Below are positions 28,900-39,600 of a stretch of DNA of 64,000 bases, in pieces. The DNA is from Rhodovastum atsumiense (GTDB lineage: Bacteria > Pseudomonadota > Alphaproteobacteria > Acetobacterales > Acetobacteraceae): positions 1,275-65,274 of the forward strand of contig JAMFSE010000107.1 in the NCBI GenBank assembly GCA_026225115.1. Reading direction: 5' to 3'. The notes beneath the pieces were generated by a model. That model searched no databases and was not told the origin of the DNA. It saw only the letters and a list, made by a program, of their open reading frames with translations. Each line of letters opens with the position of its first letter. Positions within the stretch are counted from its first letter, which is position 1. The translations under genes and the position numbers were made by a program.

Positions 28900-30456
28900 A
28901 TGCATATCAATCACTGGGCAAAGGCAACCCCCAATGCGATCGCGCTGCGCTTCATGGGCTCCGGCGAAACCTTGACCTTCGCGGAACTCGACAACGCATC
29001 CAACCGCGGCGCGCATCTGCTGCGCGGGCTTGGCCTCAATCGCGGCGACACCTTTGCGGTCTGGGCCCCGAACAGCCCCGGCTACCTGCAAACCGTTATG
29101 ACGATGCAACGGGCCGGCCTCTACATGGTGCCGATCCCGGCCAAGCTCGGCGCCGCCGAAGCCGCCTATATTGTCAACGACGCAAAGGCCCGCATCCTGA
29201 TCATCGACGCCACCATCGGCCCCGCCGCCGCGCAACTGGCGCGCGAGGTGAAAGGCCTCTGCCCGCAATTGGAACATTGCTTCGCCATGCGTGAAGACCT
29301 ACCGGGCTTCGCCCACTGGGAAACCGAAACCGCAAAAATGCCGGACACGCCAATTGCCGATCAGTCGACCGGCCTTGCCATGATCTATTCCTCCGGCACC
29401 ACCGGCCGCCCAAAAGGAATTCAACGCCCGCTTAGCGAGCAGCCCTTCGACGAGCCCGATTTCTATTTGCAGTTCCACCAAAAACTCTACAACCCGCAGC
29501 CCGGCACGGTCTTTATCGCCACCGCCCCGCTCTACCACACCGGTCCGCTCAACTTCGTTATCGCCGAATTGAAACTCGGTGCCACCGTCGTTGTCTTCGA
29601 GAAATTCGACCCCGAAAAAACCCTCGCCGCGATCGAGACATATCAGGCCCAGCGCGGCCAGTTCGTGCCAACCATGTTCACCCGCATGCTGAAATTGCCC
29701 GACGAAGTCCGGGCAAAATACAACGTCTCCTCAATGCGCCTGGCGCTGCACTCCGCGGCTCCCTGCCCGGTCGATGTCAAACGCGCAATGATCGAGTGGT
29801 GGGGACCCATATTGTTCGAAATCTACGGCGGCTCCGAAAACGTCGGTTCCACCATGATTAACAGCCACGAATGGCTGCGCAAACCAGGCTCGGTCGGTCG
29901 CCTGATGCAAGGCAAAATCCACGTCTGCGATGAGACCGGCACCGAAGTCCCGCCGCACACAACCGGGCTAGTCTATTTCGAAGGCAATGCAGACTTCAAA
30001 TATCTGAACGACGACCAAAAAACCCGCGACACCCGGCATCCCACATTCGCAAACTGGGCAACCTTCGGCGACATCGGCCATGTCGATGAAGACGGCTACC
30101 TTTTCCTCACCGACCGCCGCGCCTTCATGATCATCGCCGGCGGCGTCAACATCTATCCGCAGGAAGCCGAAAACGTCCTGACCATGCACCCCGACGTCGC
30201 CGACGTCGCGGTCTTCGGCATCCCCGATCCGGATATGGGCGAGCAGGTAAAAGCCGTCGTCCAGCCGGCAGTGGGGTCCAAAGCCGGCCCGCAACTGGAA
30301 GCCGAACTCATCGCCTATTGCCGCAAACATCTGGCATCCCTCAAATGCCCGAAATCAATCGACTTCGAACCGGAACTGCCGCGCGACCCAACCGGTAAAA
30401 TGCTGAAAAAGCAATTGCGCGAACGCTACTGGAAAACCGCCGAACCCGTCAGCTAA
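28900..30456 (+). CDS. Acyl-CoA synthetase / AMP-binding enzyme (FadD-like)
   Basis: YSSGTTGRPKG, YGGSE, GDIGHVD, IAGGVNIYPQE, PTGKMLK. Confidence 0.93.
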   Translation: MHINHWAKATPNAIALRFMGSGETLTFAELDNASNRGAHLLRGLGLNRGDTFAVWAPNSPGYLQTVMTMQRAGLYMVPIPAKLGAAEAAYIVNDAKARILIIDATIGPAAAQLAREVKGLCPQLEHCFAMREDLPGFAHWETETAKMPDTPIADQSTGLAMIYSSGTTGRPKGIQRPLSEQPFDEPDFYLQFHQKLYNPQPGTVFIATAPLYHTGPLNFVIAELKLGATVVVFEKFDPEKTLAAIETYQAQRGQFVPTMFTRMLKLPDEVRAKYNVSSMRLALHSAAPCPVDVKRAMIEWWGPILFEIYGGSENVGSTMINSHEWLRKPGSVGRLMQGKIHVCDETGTEVPPHTTGLVYFEGNADFKYLNDDQKTRDTRHPTFANWATFGDIGHVDEDGYLFLTDRRAFMIIAGGVNIYPQEAENVLTMHPDVADVAVFGIPDPDMGEQVKAVVQPAVGSKAGPQLEAELIAYCRKHLASLKCPKSIDFEPELPRDPTGKMLKKQLRERYWKTAEPVS

Positions 30457-30472
30457 CAATAGGAAGAAAACA

Positions 30473-31273
30473 ATGGATCTCGGTGTAAAAGGCAAGGCCT
30501 ATGCCCTCGTCGGCGGAACCAGCGGCATGGGCTTTGAGACGGCGCGGATACTCGCAGCCGAAGGCGCCAAGGTCGCACTGATCGGCCGCAAGCGCGAACG
30601 CGGTGAGACCCGCGCCCGCGCCATCGCCGAAGAATTCGGTGCCGATGTCCGCATGTATGTCGCCGACGCCTCGCTCAAAGGTTCCGTCGAAGCCGCAATC
30701 GCTTTAGTCGCGGCCGATTTCGGTCAGCTCAACGGCATCGCCATCACCTCCGGCGTCATGCAGACCCGCAAAACCCTGCTCGATGTCACCGACGAAGAAT
30801 GGGACGGCTATTTTCAGGATCACGTCATGTCGACAGTCCGCTCGTGCCGGGCAGCAATCCCGCATCTCATCGCCGCCGGTGGCGGCACCATCGCCACCAC
30901 CGCGGCACTCTCCATCCGCGCCATGAAACCGCCCTTGCTCGGCTACGCAACCATGAAATCCGCCGTCGTCACGCTGACGAAAAACATCGCGCTGACCTAC
31001 GGCAAGCAAGGCATCCGCGCCAACACCGTCGCCCCCGGCTTCGTTGCCGGCGAATCGGTCAACGCAATCGCGGAAATCGCCATGAAAAAATACGGCCTCC
31101 CCCGTTTCGAGGCCATCAGCAAAGCGATGCAGGAAGAATACCACCTCCATGTCGCTCTGGACCGCCCCGGCCGCCCGGAAGAACTCGCAGACCTCTACGC
31201 CTTCCTGCTTTCCAACCGCGCCGCCTATATGACCGGCGCCCTGATCAACTGCGACGGCGGCACACAGTTCTGA
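30473..31273 (+). CDS. SDR family oxidoreductase
   Basis: GGTSGMG, YATMK, NTVAPG, DGG near the C-terminus. Confidence 0.9.
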   Translation: MDLGVKGKAYALVGGTSGMGFETARILAAEGAKVALIGRKRERGETRARAIAEEFGADVRMYVADASLKGSVEAAIALVAADFGQLNGIAITSGVMQTRKTLLDVTDEEWDGYFQDHVMSTVRSCRAAIPHLIAAGGGTIATTAALSIRAMKPPLLGYATMKSAVVTLTKNIALTYGKQGIRANTVAPGFVAGESVNAIAEIAMKKYGLPRFEAISKAMQEEYHLHVALDRPGRPEELADLYAFLLSNRAAYMTGALINCDGGTQF

Positions 31274-31291
31274 AGAAAGCGGCCCACCAAA

Positions 31292-31326
31292 GCCGTCATT
31301 GCGAGCGCAGCGCGGCAATCCATCTT
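31292..31326 (+). repeat. Repeat family A, copy 2
   Basis: gccgtcattgcgagcgcagcgcggcaatccatctt, between the convergent SDR and thiolase-like genes. Confidence 0.85.
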
Positions 31327-31356
31327 AACAACCGCACAACGAAAAGTCGCAGCTAC

Positions 31357-32553
31357 TCAACCCCGCTTCAACAGCAGCGCCCCGTGCCCAAACCCGCCAT
31401 TGGCCACTGCGCAAACCTTCGCATCCCTAACCTGCCGCTCTCCAGCACGTCCAAAAAGCTGCAGGCACGCCTCATAGGTATGCCCATATCCATGCAGCCG
31501 CCCCATCGAGAGCTGCCCCCCACTGGTATTCAACGGCAGCACCCCATCCAGACCAATCCTACTGCCACCTTCAACAAACGCAGCCGCCTCGCCGCGCCCG
31601 CATAATTTCATGCTCTCCAGCCAAAGCAGCGTCAAAATAGAAAACCCGTCATAAATCTGCGCCAAATCAACATCCGCCGGTTTCAAATCGGTCCGCGACC
31701 ACAGCATTTCACCGGCCTTATCGGATTCCATCCGGGTAAAATCCCCAAGATGCAGCCCATGGCCGATCCCGCCGATCGACATCCCCATCGCCTCAATCTC
31801 AATCGGTGCCCGCGCCATGTCGCGCGCCGCATCCCGATGCGAAAACAGCAACGCCGTGGAACCATCAACGGGTATATCGCAATCATAAAGCCGCAGCGGC
31901 GTCGAGATCACCCGCGACGCCATATACGCCTCGATGCTGAGCGGCTTGCGAAACACGGCCTTCGGATTAAGCCCGGCCATCTTGCGCCCATTCACGGCAA
32001 CCGCGCCCAGCTGCTCCGACGTCGCGCCATATTTGTCAAAATAAGCCTGCGCATAAAGCCCAAAGATATTGATCGGAGAGACGGCATCGAACGGCACCGT
32101 CCACGACATGAACCCGCGCACCCGCGCATCCGCCCCGCCCCGGCCGCCCATCAGACTGGTCTCCCGCGCCGAACTCACGGCACTGGCCTGCGCCACCGTC
32201 CGGAACACCAGAACATGCCGGCACATTCCCGAAGCAATCGCAAAAATCGCCTCGAAAATCGCGCTCATATGCGCATGTCCGCTGTTGCAGGACCCAATCC
32301 ATTTCGGCTGCAGCCCCAGCGCAAACATCGCCTCCGTCGAACCGACCGGCGAAAACCCAGACGTATCCTGGCTTTCTCCCGGCCAGGTGGTAATCCCATC
32401 GATATCCGCAGGCTTCAGCCTGGCATCGGCAATCGCCTCCAAACACGCATCGATCGTCAGGTTCAGCGCTGTCTTTTTGGAAGGTCGCCCAACCTCGGAC
32501 TGGCCGATACCGGTAATGCAAACCTGCTTTTCCGCATGAAGCTCAACCGGCAT
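31357..32553 (-). CDS. Thiolase-superfamily protein (SCP-x/Ltp2-like, thiolase or aldolase)
   Basis: CITGIGQSEVGR, LYDCDIPVDGS, AQIYDGFS, LNTSGGQLS; overlaps the DUF35 gene. Confidence 0.88.
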   Translation of the reverse strand: MPVELHAEKQVCITGIGQSEVGRPSKKTALNLTIDACLEAIADARLKPADIDGITTWPGESQDTSGFSPVGSTEAMFALGLQPKWIGSCNSGHAHMSAIFEAIFAIASGMCRHVLVFRTVAQASAVSSARETSLMGGRGGADARVRGFMSWTVPFDAVSPINIFGLYAQAYFDKYGATSEQLGAVAVNGRKMAGLNPKAVFRKPLSIEAYMASRVISTPLRLYDCDIPVDGSTALLFSHRDAARDMARAPIEIEAMGMSIGGIGHGLHLGDFTRMESDKAGEMLWSRTDLKPADVDLAQIYDGFSILTLLWLESMKLCGRGEAAAFVEGGSRIGLDGVLPLNTSGGQLSMGRLHGYGHTYEACLQLFGRAGERQVRDAKVCAVANGGFGHGALLLKRG

Positions 32554-32989
32554 TCGCAACCTCCCGGGGCCGGAACATCGGCAGATAAACATCTTCCTGC
32601 TGTTCGAACTTAACTTCGACGTCCATGTCGGAATACACTGCCGCCACCTCGCAATCGACGATATTGGTCAGCACATAAAGCTCGCGCTGCTCGGCAAGCT
32701 CCACCGCCGCAAACACAAAAGGCACCTCCATCCCCGGTGCCCATTGTTGAATATTCACGGTAAAGGTCTTCACCTTGCCAAGTCCTGAAACCGCATGCGG
32801 CGCGGTAACGCTCTGACATTTCAGGCAGCGCGGCAACGGCGGATGCACGTAATGTTCGCAAGCCGTACAACGGGCAATTTGCAATGCGCCGGTCGACCCG
32901 CTGGTCCAAAAAAAAGCGCTTTGAACCTCAAGTGCCGGCAGTTGTCTCTTGCGTTTTTCAGGGCCTCCGGCCTGTTCTTGCTCTGGCAT
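32543..32989 (-). CDS. DUF35 Zn-ribbon + OB-fold protein (ChsH2 C-terminal-like)
   Basis: CTAC...CLKC zinc ribbon, VSGLGKVKTFTV, PFVFAAVEL; GGAGG RBS before ATG 32989. Confidence 0.9.
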   Translation of the reverse strand: MPEQEQAGGPEKRKRQLPALEVQSAFFWTSGSTGALQIARCTACEHYVHPPLPRCLKCQSVTAPHAVSGLGKVKTFTVNIQQWAPGMEVPFVFAAVELAEQRELYVLTNIVDCEVAAVYSDMDVEVKFEQQEDVYLPMFRPREVANAG

Positions 32990-33202
32990 GCAATGCCCTC
33001 CTTGGTTGCATACCATGTATCAGGCCCAACCCGTTCTGCAACTGGCAGGCGCTAAGCATCGCGTCGTATAGCAACATTATCCGGCCGAGCGATGACCCGC
33101 GTTTCGGCAGCATGCATTGAACCGGAAAATCACGGCGCACCCGCCCGTCCCCAGTTTTCTGAGAAGTTCAGGACAACAAAAACAGTTTACTGCAACTTTG
33201 TC

Positions 33203-34441
33203 TCAGCCAGTGATCTTATAAAATTTCTCTGCCGTCGTGCAGGTGATCTCGGTGATGATATTCTCCGGAATGCCCGCAAAGTCGCGCGCAATCACCTTGT
33301 CCGAATTCGGCCATGTTGTCTCCGAATGCGGATAATCCGAAGACCACATGATATTCTTGCCGCCCGGCCGGTCATAATTCAGAATACCGTTCCGATCATT
33401 GATGAACGATCCATAAACATTGCGGTCCATGAAAAAGCTCGGCTTTTCGGTCAGCGTGCTGTCGACCCAGTAGCGCTGCTTCTCCCAGGTGCGGTCCATA
33501 TACTCCGCCATCCAGGACATCCAGGCGACGCCGCTCTCGATGATGCCAAAGCGCAGCTTCGGATATTTCTGAAAGATGCCGTTATATATGGCAATCGCCA
33601 CCGGTTCGGCCATCGCCAGCTTGGTCATCACCAGATCCGGCAGAAAATGCTCCTTCATCTGGAACCGCGTCAGGCGGCCGCCAAGATGCATCGTCACCGT
33701 CAGATCGAGGTCCTGCAGCGCGGCCCAAAGCGGCTCCCATTCAGCACTCGCATAAGAACGCCCGCCGGAGGGATCGCCCGTCAGCGCCGCGGCCTGAGCG
33801 TCCCCCATATCGCCCTTGCCGGTCAACAGCCCTTCGGCTCGCGCCTTCAGCGCCTCAGCGCCGCTCGCCTGCGGAAAAGCCGGAATATTCACCGTGGTGA
33901 AACCCATCTTCGCATAACGCTTCAGCATGGCCACGGTTTCGTCCGGGTCGCGGGTCGGCACGTAGCCTACGGGAATCAACCGCCTGCGGTCATAGCCGGA
34001 ATAATCGAATACCCAACGATTATAGGCATCGAAGCTCGCAATATATAAATCCGCATCGGTGGTCGGCAGCGGACCGCCGCCATACATGATCGCGGTATCC
34101 ATCCCGTCCGTATCCATGTCGGCAATTCGCACTTCCGGCAGCCAGACCTTGCGCTGCTCGTCCCGGCGGCCGACCATTTTAAAATTCTTGCCGTCGCGCC
34201 CGGCCTGATTCTGGATCAGCATCACCGGCCGGCGCTTGCCCTCGAACACGATCCAGTCATGCTCCTCGCCATGCTCGATCTTCGGCGCCCGATCACGGAG
34301 ATTTTCCGGCAAATAATCTGCCCACGCCTCATGCGGCGCTTCAATATGCGCATCCGCATCGACAATGCGGCGCGTCTGCTTGCGAGCGCTACCCGCATCA
34401 CCGGACTCGTTTAATGCCGGCGGGGTTAGAACATCGCTCAC
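33203..34441 (-). CDS. Amidohydrolase_2 family protein (decarboxylase/hydratase/hydrolase)
   Basis: VDADAHI, MHLGG, GIIESGVAW, MWSSDYPH. Confidence 0.88.
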   Translation of the reverse strand: MSDVLTPPALNESGDAGSARKQTRRIVDADAHIEAPHEAWADYLPENLRDRAPKIEHGEEHDWIVFEGKRRPVMLIQNQAGRDGKNFKMVGRRDEQRKVWLPEVRIADMDTDGMDTAIMYGGGPLPTTDADLYIASFDAYNRWVFDYSGYDRRRLIPVGYVPTRDPDETVAMLKRYAKMGFTTVNIPAFPQASGAEALKARAEGLLTGKGDMGDAQAAALTGDPSGGRSYASAEWEPLWAALQDLDLTVTMHLGGRLTRFQMKEHFLPDLVMTKLAMAEPVAIAIYNGIFQKYPKLRFGIIESGVAWMSWMAEYMDRTWEKQRYWVDSTLTEKPSFFMDRNVYGSFINDRNGILNYDRPGGKNIMWSSDYPHSETTWPNSDKVIARDFAGIPENIITEITCTTAEKFYKITG

Positions 34442-34533
34442 TTCTGTTTTCCTTTTCTTGTCGGGCCGGTAGCTAAGGGCGGGCGCGCTGCATGATTACA
34501 TGCAGCAAGCCCGCCCTCATACCATCTCAATCC

Positions 34534-35928
34534 TCAGAAGCTGGAATTGGCCGCCATTGCCGACGGATTGAATTCCGCCGGGCTCATGTTGTCACGTATC
34601 TGCAGCGTTACGACACCATCAATTTTGATTGGACCGTTATAGGCGTAATTACCCGTCTGAATATTGAACACCAGAGAGGTTTGCTGAACCGTGCCAGGCA
34701 GCGTCGGGAAGCAGGCATTCTGGATCATATAGACCTTCTCCAGACCGCCGCCTGAATCATAGCCCTCGCCCACCAGGGCAAACCAGCTATCTTCGTCGAC
34801 ATAGAACCGCCGCTTCGAAGTCACATTGCGGAAGCCGGGATGCAAGGTTGCTTCAATCACCCATACGCGATGCTTTTCCCAGCGAACGTAATCCGGATTC
34901 ACGAAATGCGGCGTCAAAACCGGCCGGTATTCCGCATACCGCAAATCATTGCAGTGATAGGGAACCAGCATCTCCTTCTTGCCGATATATTTCCAGTCAT
35001 ACTGGATGGGGTTCCCATAGAAGCAGACATTCTCGTCAAGATTGCCGATTCCGTTGGTGCCGGCATTGGGGATATCGAACGCTTCGTTTGGCGCCTTGCG
35101 CACCCGCGCTTCGCCGTTCAGCAACTGCCAGGCGATGTCCGGATGGATGGTGGAGTTGCTGGTATGCCAGATGATCAATTCCTGGCCCTGAATATTCGCG
35201 GGCGCGAAATCGGTCGAGTGCAGATAGTCGGCATAGCCCTGATACGTCTCAGCCGACCCATTCGGGTCGTAATAAGGGTAATGGAAGTTATTATAGGCAT
35301 TTGAGGCCAAAACAACGCTATTGCCCTCAACCACAAAAGCCGGCCCACCGGTATTCCGGAACGTAAAACCTGACCAAGCGATAAGGTGGTTCCAGATAAT
35401 CTGCGCGCCGGCAACATAGGGGTCGGATGTGTCGGGAATCGGGAACGGAGGTCCGGCAAAAGCGCCGGTGAATCCATAGCGAGGTCCTCCGGCAGGTATC
35501 TTGGTACGCGTGACGTTCAGCGCCGTGTTGTCATAAACATATTGCGGAGCCGCATAGGTCCGCCGCGTCTCGTATACTTGCAGGCTCATGCCCCAATTGG
35601 TGATCTGTGCCTGAATGCCAACCGGCACGATATCCGCATATTGGGCAAGGTTGTCTTTCGTCACCGTGTAAATCGGCGAGCCTTTCGGAAATGGCAACGG
35701 ACAGTCCCAGCTTGTCCCTTCGGGATTTTCCGGCGCGGACAAGCCGCCCGTCCAAGCCGGGATCGAACCATCGGCATTGCCCGCGCGTTCCGCTCCCATT
35801 GGCGTCAGCGTCGTTTTCAATAAATTGGGGTCCGCGGCTGTCTGAGCAAAGGCCGGGCGCAAAGTCGAAGCCGTCGCCAGGCTGGCCGCACTCGTGCCGG
35901 CCAAAAGGCCAAATTTCCGTCGATTCAT
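34534..35928 (-). CDS. DUF1329 family protein with twin-arginine signal peptide
   Basis: MNRRKFGLL...AFA signal; LTPMGAERAGNADGSIPAWTGG, RVRKAP, WEKHRVWVIEA, RRFYVDED are typical of DUF1329. Confidence 0.85.
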   Translation of the reverse strand: MNRRKFGLLAGTSAASLATASTLRPAFAQTAADPNLLKTTLTPMGAERAGNADGSIPAWTGGLSAPENPEGTSWDCPLPFPKGSPIYTVTKDNLAQYADIVPVGIQAQITNWGMSLQVYETRRTYAAPQYVYDNTALNVTRTKIPAGGPRYGFTGAFAGPPFPIPDTSDPYVAGAQIIWNHLIAWSGFTFRNTGGPAFVVEGNSVVLASNAYNNFHYPYYDPNGSAETYQGYADYLHSTDFAPANIQGQELIIWHTSNSTIHPDIAWQLLNGEARVRKAPNEAFDIPNAGTNGIGNLDENVCFYGNPIQYDWKYIGKKEMLVPYHCNDLRYAEYRPVLTPHFVNPDYVRWEKHRVWVIEATLHPGFRNVTSKRRFYVDEDSWFALVGEGYDSGGGLEKVYMIQNACFPTLPGTVQQTSLVFNIQTGNYAYNGPIKIDGVVTLQIRDNMSPAEFNPSAMAANSSF

Positions 35929-35985
35929 TGGGTACTCCCTTCAGTTTATTTTTTTCTTGGATTGAGCGTGCGCGATAATTTCAAT

Positions 35986-36117
35986 TCAGGCGTTGATAGC
36001 CGGCAACGCAATAATCTTCGCAGCGGCCTTGGGTTTTCGAATCACAAGCGTCAACCAAGCCGCGGGCTGGTTCCGTGTCAAAGCAGACTCAGCTACAAAC
36101 GAGTGGAGGCCGCTCAT
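35986..36117 (-). CDS. Possible 43-aa small protein (not in the ORF track)
   Basis: ATG 36117 preceded by GGAG at 6 nt; MSGLHSFVAESALTRNQPAAWLTLVIRKPKAAAKIIALPAINA; no family recognised. Confidence 0.3.
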   Translation of the reverse strand: MSGLHSFVAESALTRNQPAAWLTLVIRKPKAAAKIIALPAINA

Positions 36118-36670
36118 TGCAAACTCCGTTCTTGAATCAGTCCCCACACCGCTTGCCTATTTTTATTTGGGCAAACGCATCAGTCTCCGTGAGCTCTCGC
36201 CCATCGTCTAACCAACAGCTCAAATAGTTATATATATAGTCCGCGCCGGTCAAGAGGGTATGTATGCCTCCTGAAGCCTTTCGCTGCAGGCATTTACGAA
36301 AACTTATAAGAAGACCGTCCAATAAATCATTTTGGTCCTTTCAAGCGACCGCACCGAGCCACCGCCGGCGCCGATGACGGCTCCTGATTTGGCGGTCTCC
36401 GGGCCGCTCGGCATCACGAATGGCCGATACGACAGAACCCTCAGAACACACTCTAAATCTCCAAATTAATTCAATGGCTTAGCTATAAATTTGCTGAGCG
36501 GCCGCTCGCCGCCCCCCCCAAAACAGCCCGGAATGTTTATCTTCCAACAACCAGCGGGACGCAGCGCGCGCACATTGAGCATTCGTAATCCGTTTCCATA
36601 TAGGGTGACGTTGCGGGGCGTCGCCGCATCGGGATATTGAGTTCTCGTGGCCGCCAGCCCCGTATATTGA

Positions 36671-39600
36671 TTGAGAGTGTTGATGCCTAAGCGTTCAGAG
36701 TTCGTCAAAACCAGCAGAAAACCGGGCCTTGACCCGGTCGTTGCCTTCACCCTCCTCGGCGCTTTCGTCTTTTTTATTATCAGCGGCACCGCTGCCTATC
36801 AAAACCTTCAAACGTTACTGAAAGACAACCAAAAGATTGTCCACTCCGGAGATGTCATCGTCGCATTGAGCGCGCTGCTATCCAGCGCCCAGGACGCCGA
36901 GACCGGTCAGCGTGGCTATCTCCTGACAAATAATGAAAGCTATTTGGCGCCTTATAATGCAGCGCTCGAATCAATCCCCGGTCAGCTCAATAGAATTTCA
37001 AACCTGACCAGCGACAATGCGGCCCAGCAAATCAATTTAGCCGCATTGAGACCGCATATCTACGCCAAGCTTGCAGAGCTGAAGCAGACGATAGACCTGA
37101 ATCGCTCCCAAGGTCCGCAGGTAGCGCTCAGCGTCGTCACGACCAATCGCGGCAAAACTGAAATGGACGCCATCCGCGCCCAGATCGCCACAATGTATCA
37201 GATCGAAAGGAACCTTCGCACCGCCAGACTGACCGAAATGACAGCGGCGTACGAACGGGCGACCGCAAGCGGGCTGTTATCCGGCTTGCTCGGAATGGTC
37301 CTCACGGCGGTCGTCGGCTTTTTGATTCGCCGGGCAACCCTTGCCCGCAATCGGCTGGAATGGCTGCAAACGGGCAAGGCCGGCCTGGCGACAGCCATGC
37401 TGGGCGACCAGCGAAGCGAAGCGCTTGGCGAACAGATTCTCAGCTTTCTGGCCGAATATCTCGGCGCCGTCGCCGGCGCCGTGTACGTCATGCGCAAAAC
37501 CGCGCGAGACGAGTTCCATTTGGCCGCAAAATATGGCGTGCCCCCGGGTGCCACCTTGCCGGAACGCTTCCAGGCAAATGAGGCTCTGCTGGGGCAAGCC
37601 GCACGTGAAAACCGCCACCTCGTTCTCGACGATGTGCCGGACGGATATATTGCCTTCGGTTCCGCATTGGGGCAAAGCAAGCCACGCCACCTCGTCATCT
37701 GGCCGGCCAATGTCGACGGCCTCGTCAACACGGTCCTGGAACTTGGCTTCAACAAGCCGGTACGGACGGAATCGCTCGAGTTCCTGAATGAAAACTCAGG
37801 CGCGATCGCCGTCGGCGTCCGCACCGCAAATTACCGCGCCGAACTGCAAGACCTTCTTGAGGATACCCAGCGCAAATCGGAAGAACTCCAGGTGCAGGGA
37901 GAAGAATTACGGGTTTCCAACGAAGAACTGGAAGAACAAAGCAGGGCATTGAAAGAATCCCAGGCCCGCCTGGAACAGCAGCAAATCGAATTGGAGCAAA
38001 CCAACGCGCAGCTGGAAGAACAAGCCCAGACGCTGGAGACGCATCGCGACGAACTCGAGGAAGCCAACGCCATCGCCCAGCTGCGGGCGCGCGAGCTGGA
38101 ACAGGCGAGCCAATATAAAACCGACTTCCTCGCCAACATGTCGCACGAGCTGCGAACCCCGCTCAACTCCTCGTTGATTCTTGCCAAACTGCTCGCCGAC
38201 AACCCCGACGACAACCTGACCGCCGAACAGATCAAATACGCCCAGACAATCCAGTCATCCGGCAACGACCTGCTTACTTTGATCAACGATATCCTGGACC
38301 TTTCCAAAATCGAGGCCGGCCATGTCGAGATCCGCCCGGAACCGGTGACCCTCCAGCAGATAGCCGGCGACATCAACCAGATGTTCCGGCCCGTCGCACA
38401 AAACAAGGGTCTCGATTTCACCGTCACGATCGCGCCAGATTGTCCGGATTACATCAACACCGATCTGCAGCGCCTCGAACAGATCCTCAAAAACCTCCTC
38501 TCAAACGCCTTCAAGTTTACGGAGAAGGGACAAGTCACAGTCAACATCGCCAAAGCAACCGATGATCGCCTGGCCTTTGCCATCAGCGATACCGGAGTCG
38601 GCATCGCGGAAGACCAGCAGGCGAGCGTGTTCGAAGCTTTCCGCCAGGCCGACGGCACCATCAGCCGCAAATACGGCGGCACCGGCCTCGGTCTTTCCAT
38701 TTCCTGGGAACTCGCGCGCTTGCTCGGCGGCGTTATCAAACTTGAAAGTCGCCCCGGCCAGGGCAGCGTTTTCAGCCTTATCGTTCCGGATGTCTATTCC
38801 CCCGCATTGGTCGTCAAACGCGACCAGCGTCCGAACACGCCCGCGGCGCCCATCGCGCCGCAGTCTAATAACAGCTTTCTCCCGCCGGCCGTAGCACGTA
38901 AGCGCCCGGACGACCGCAACACGCTCACCGGCGCCAAACGGGTATTGCTGATCATTGAAGACGACGAGAATTTCGCAGACATCCTGCTGGACCTCTCCCA
39001 GGAAATGGGCTTCGAATCCCTGGTCGCCAATACCGCGGCCGAAGCCCTCAGCCTCGCCCGCCAATATCTCCCGAGCGCCGTCATTCTCGACGTCGGCCTG
39101 CCCGACAGCTCAGGGCTCTCCGTGCTCGACCAACTCAAGCGCGACACCAAAACCCGCCATATCCCCATTCACGTCGTTTCCGGCCATGACCACACGCAAA
39201 CCGCACTTTCGCTCGGTGCCATCGGCTATATGACCAAGCCGGTAAAACGCGAGGAACTTGCGGACGTCCTGAAAAAACTCGAGCTCAGACTATCCCAGCG
39301 CATGCACCGCGTGCTCATCGTCGAGGACGACAATCTCCAGCGCGAAGCCGTCGGACAGCTGCTCAGATCGCCGGATGTCGAAACAATCATGGCGGGAACC
39401 GCGGCGGAATGCCTGGAACAGCTCAAAAACAATACCTTCGATTGCATGGTGCTGGACCTCTCTCTACCAGACGCCTCGGGCTACGCCTTGCTGGAAACGC
39501 TGAGCCGGGAGGGCGCCTATTCCTTCCCGCCCGTCATCGTCTACACTGGCCGCGACCTATCGGCCGATGACGAGCTGCGCCTGCGGCGTTATTCGAAATC

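Noticed and set aside
36137-36322. 61-aa ORF, and the overlapping 35993-36211 and 36466-36789 ORFs, in the AT-rich gap
   Set aside because: No RBS or family similarity recognised and mutually conflicting frames; no riboswitch or ncRNA fold recognised in 36220-36670.
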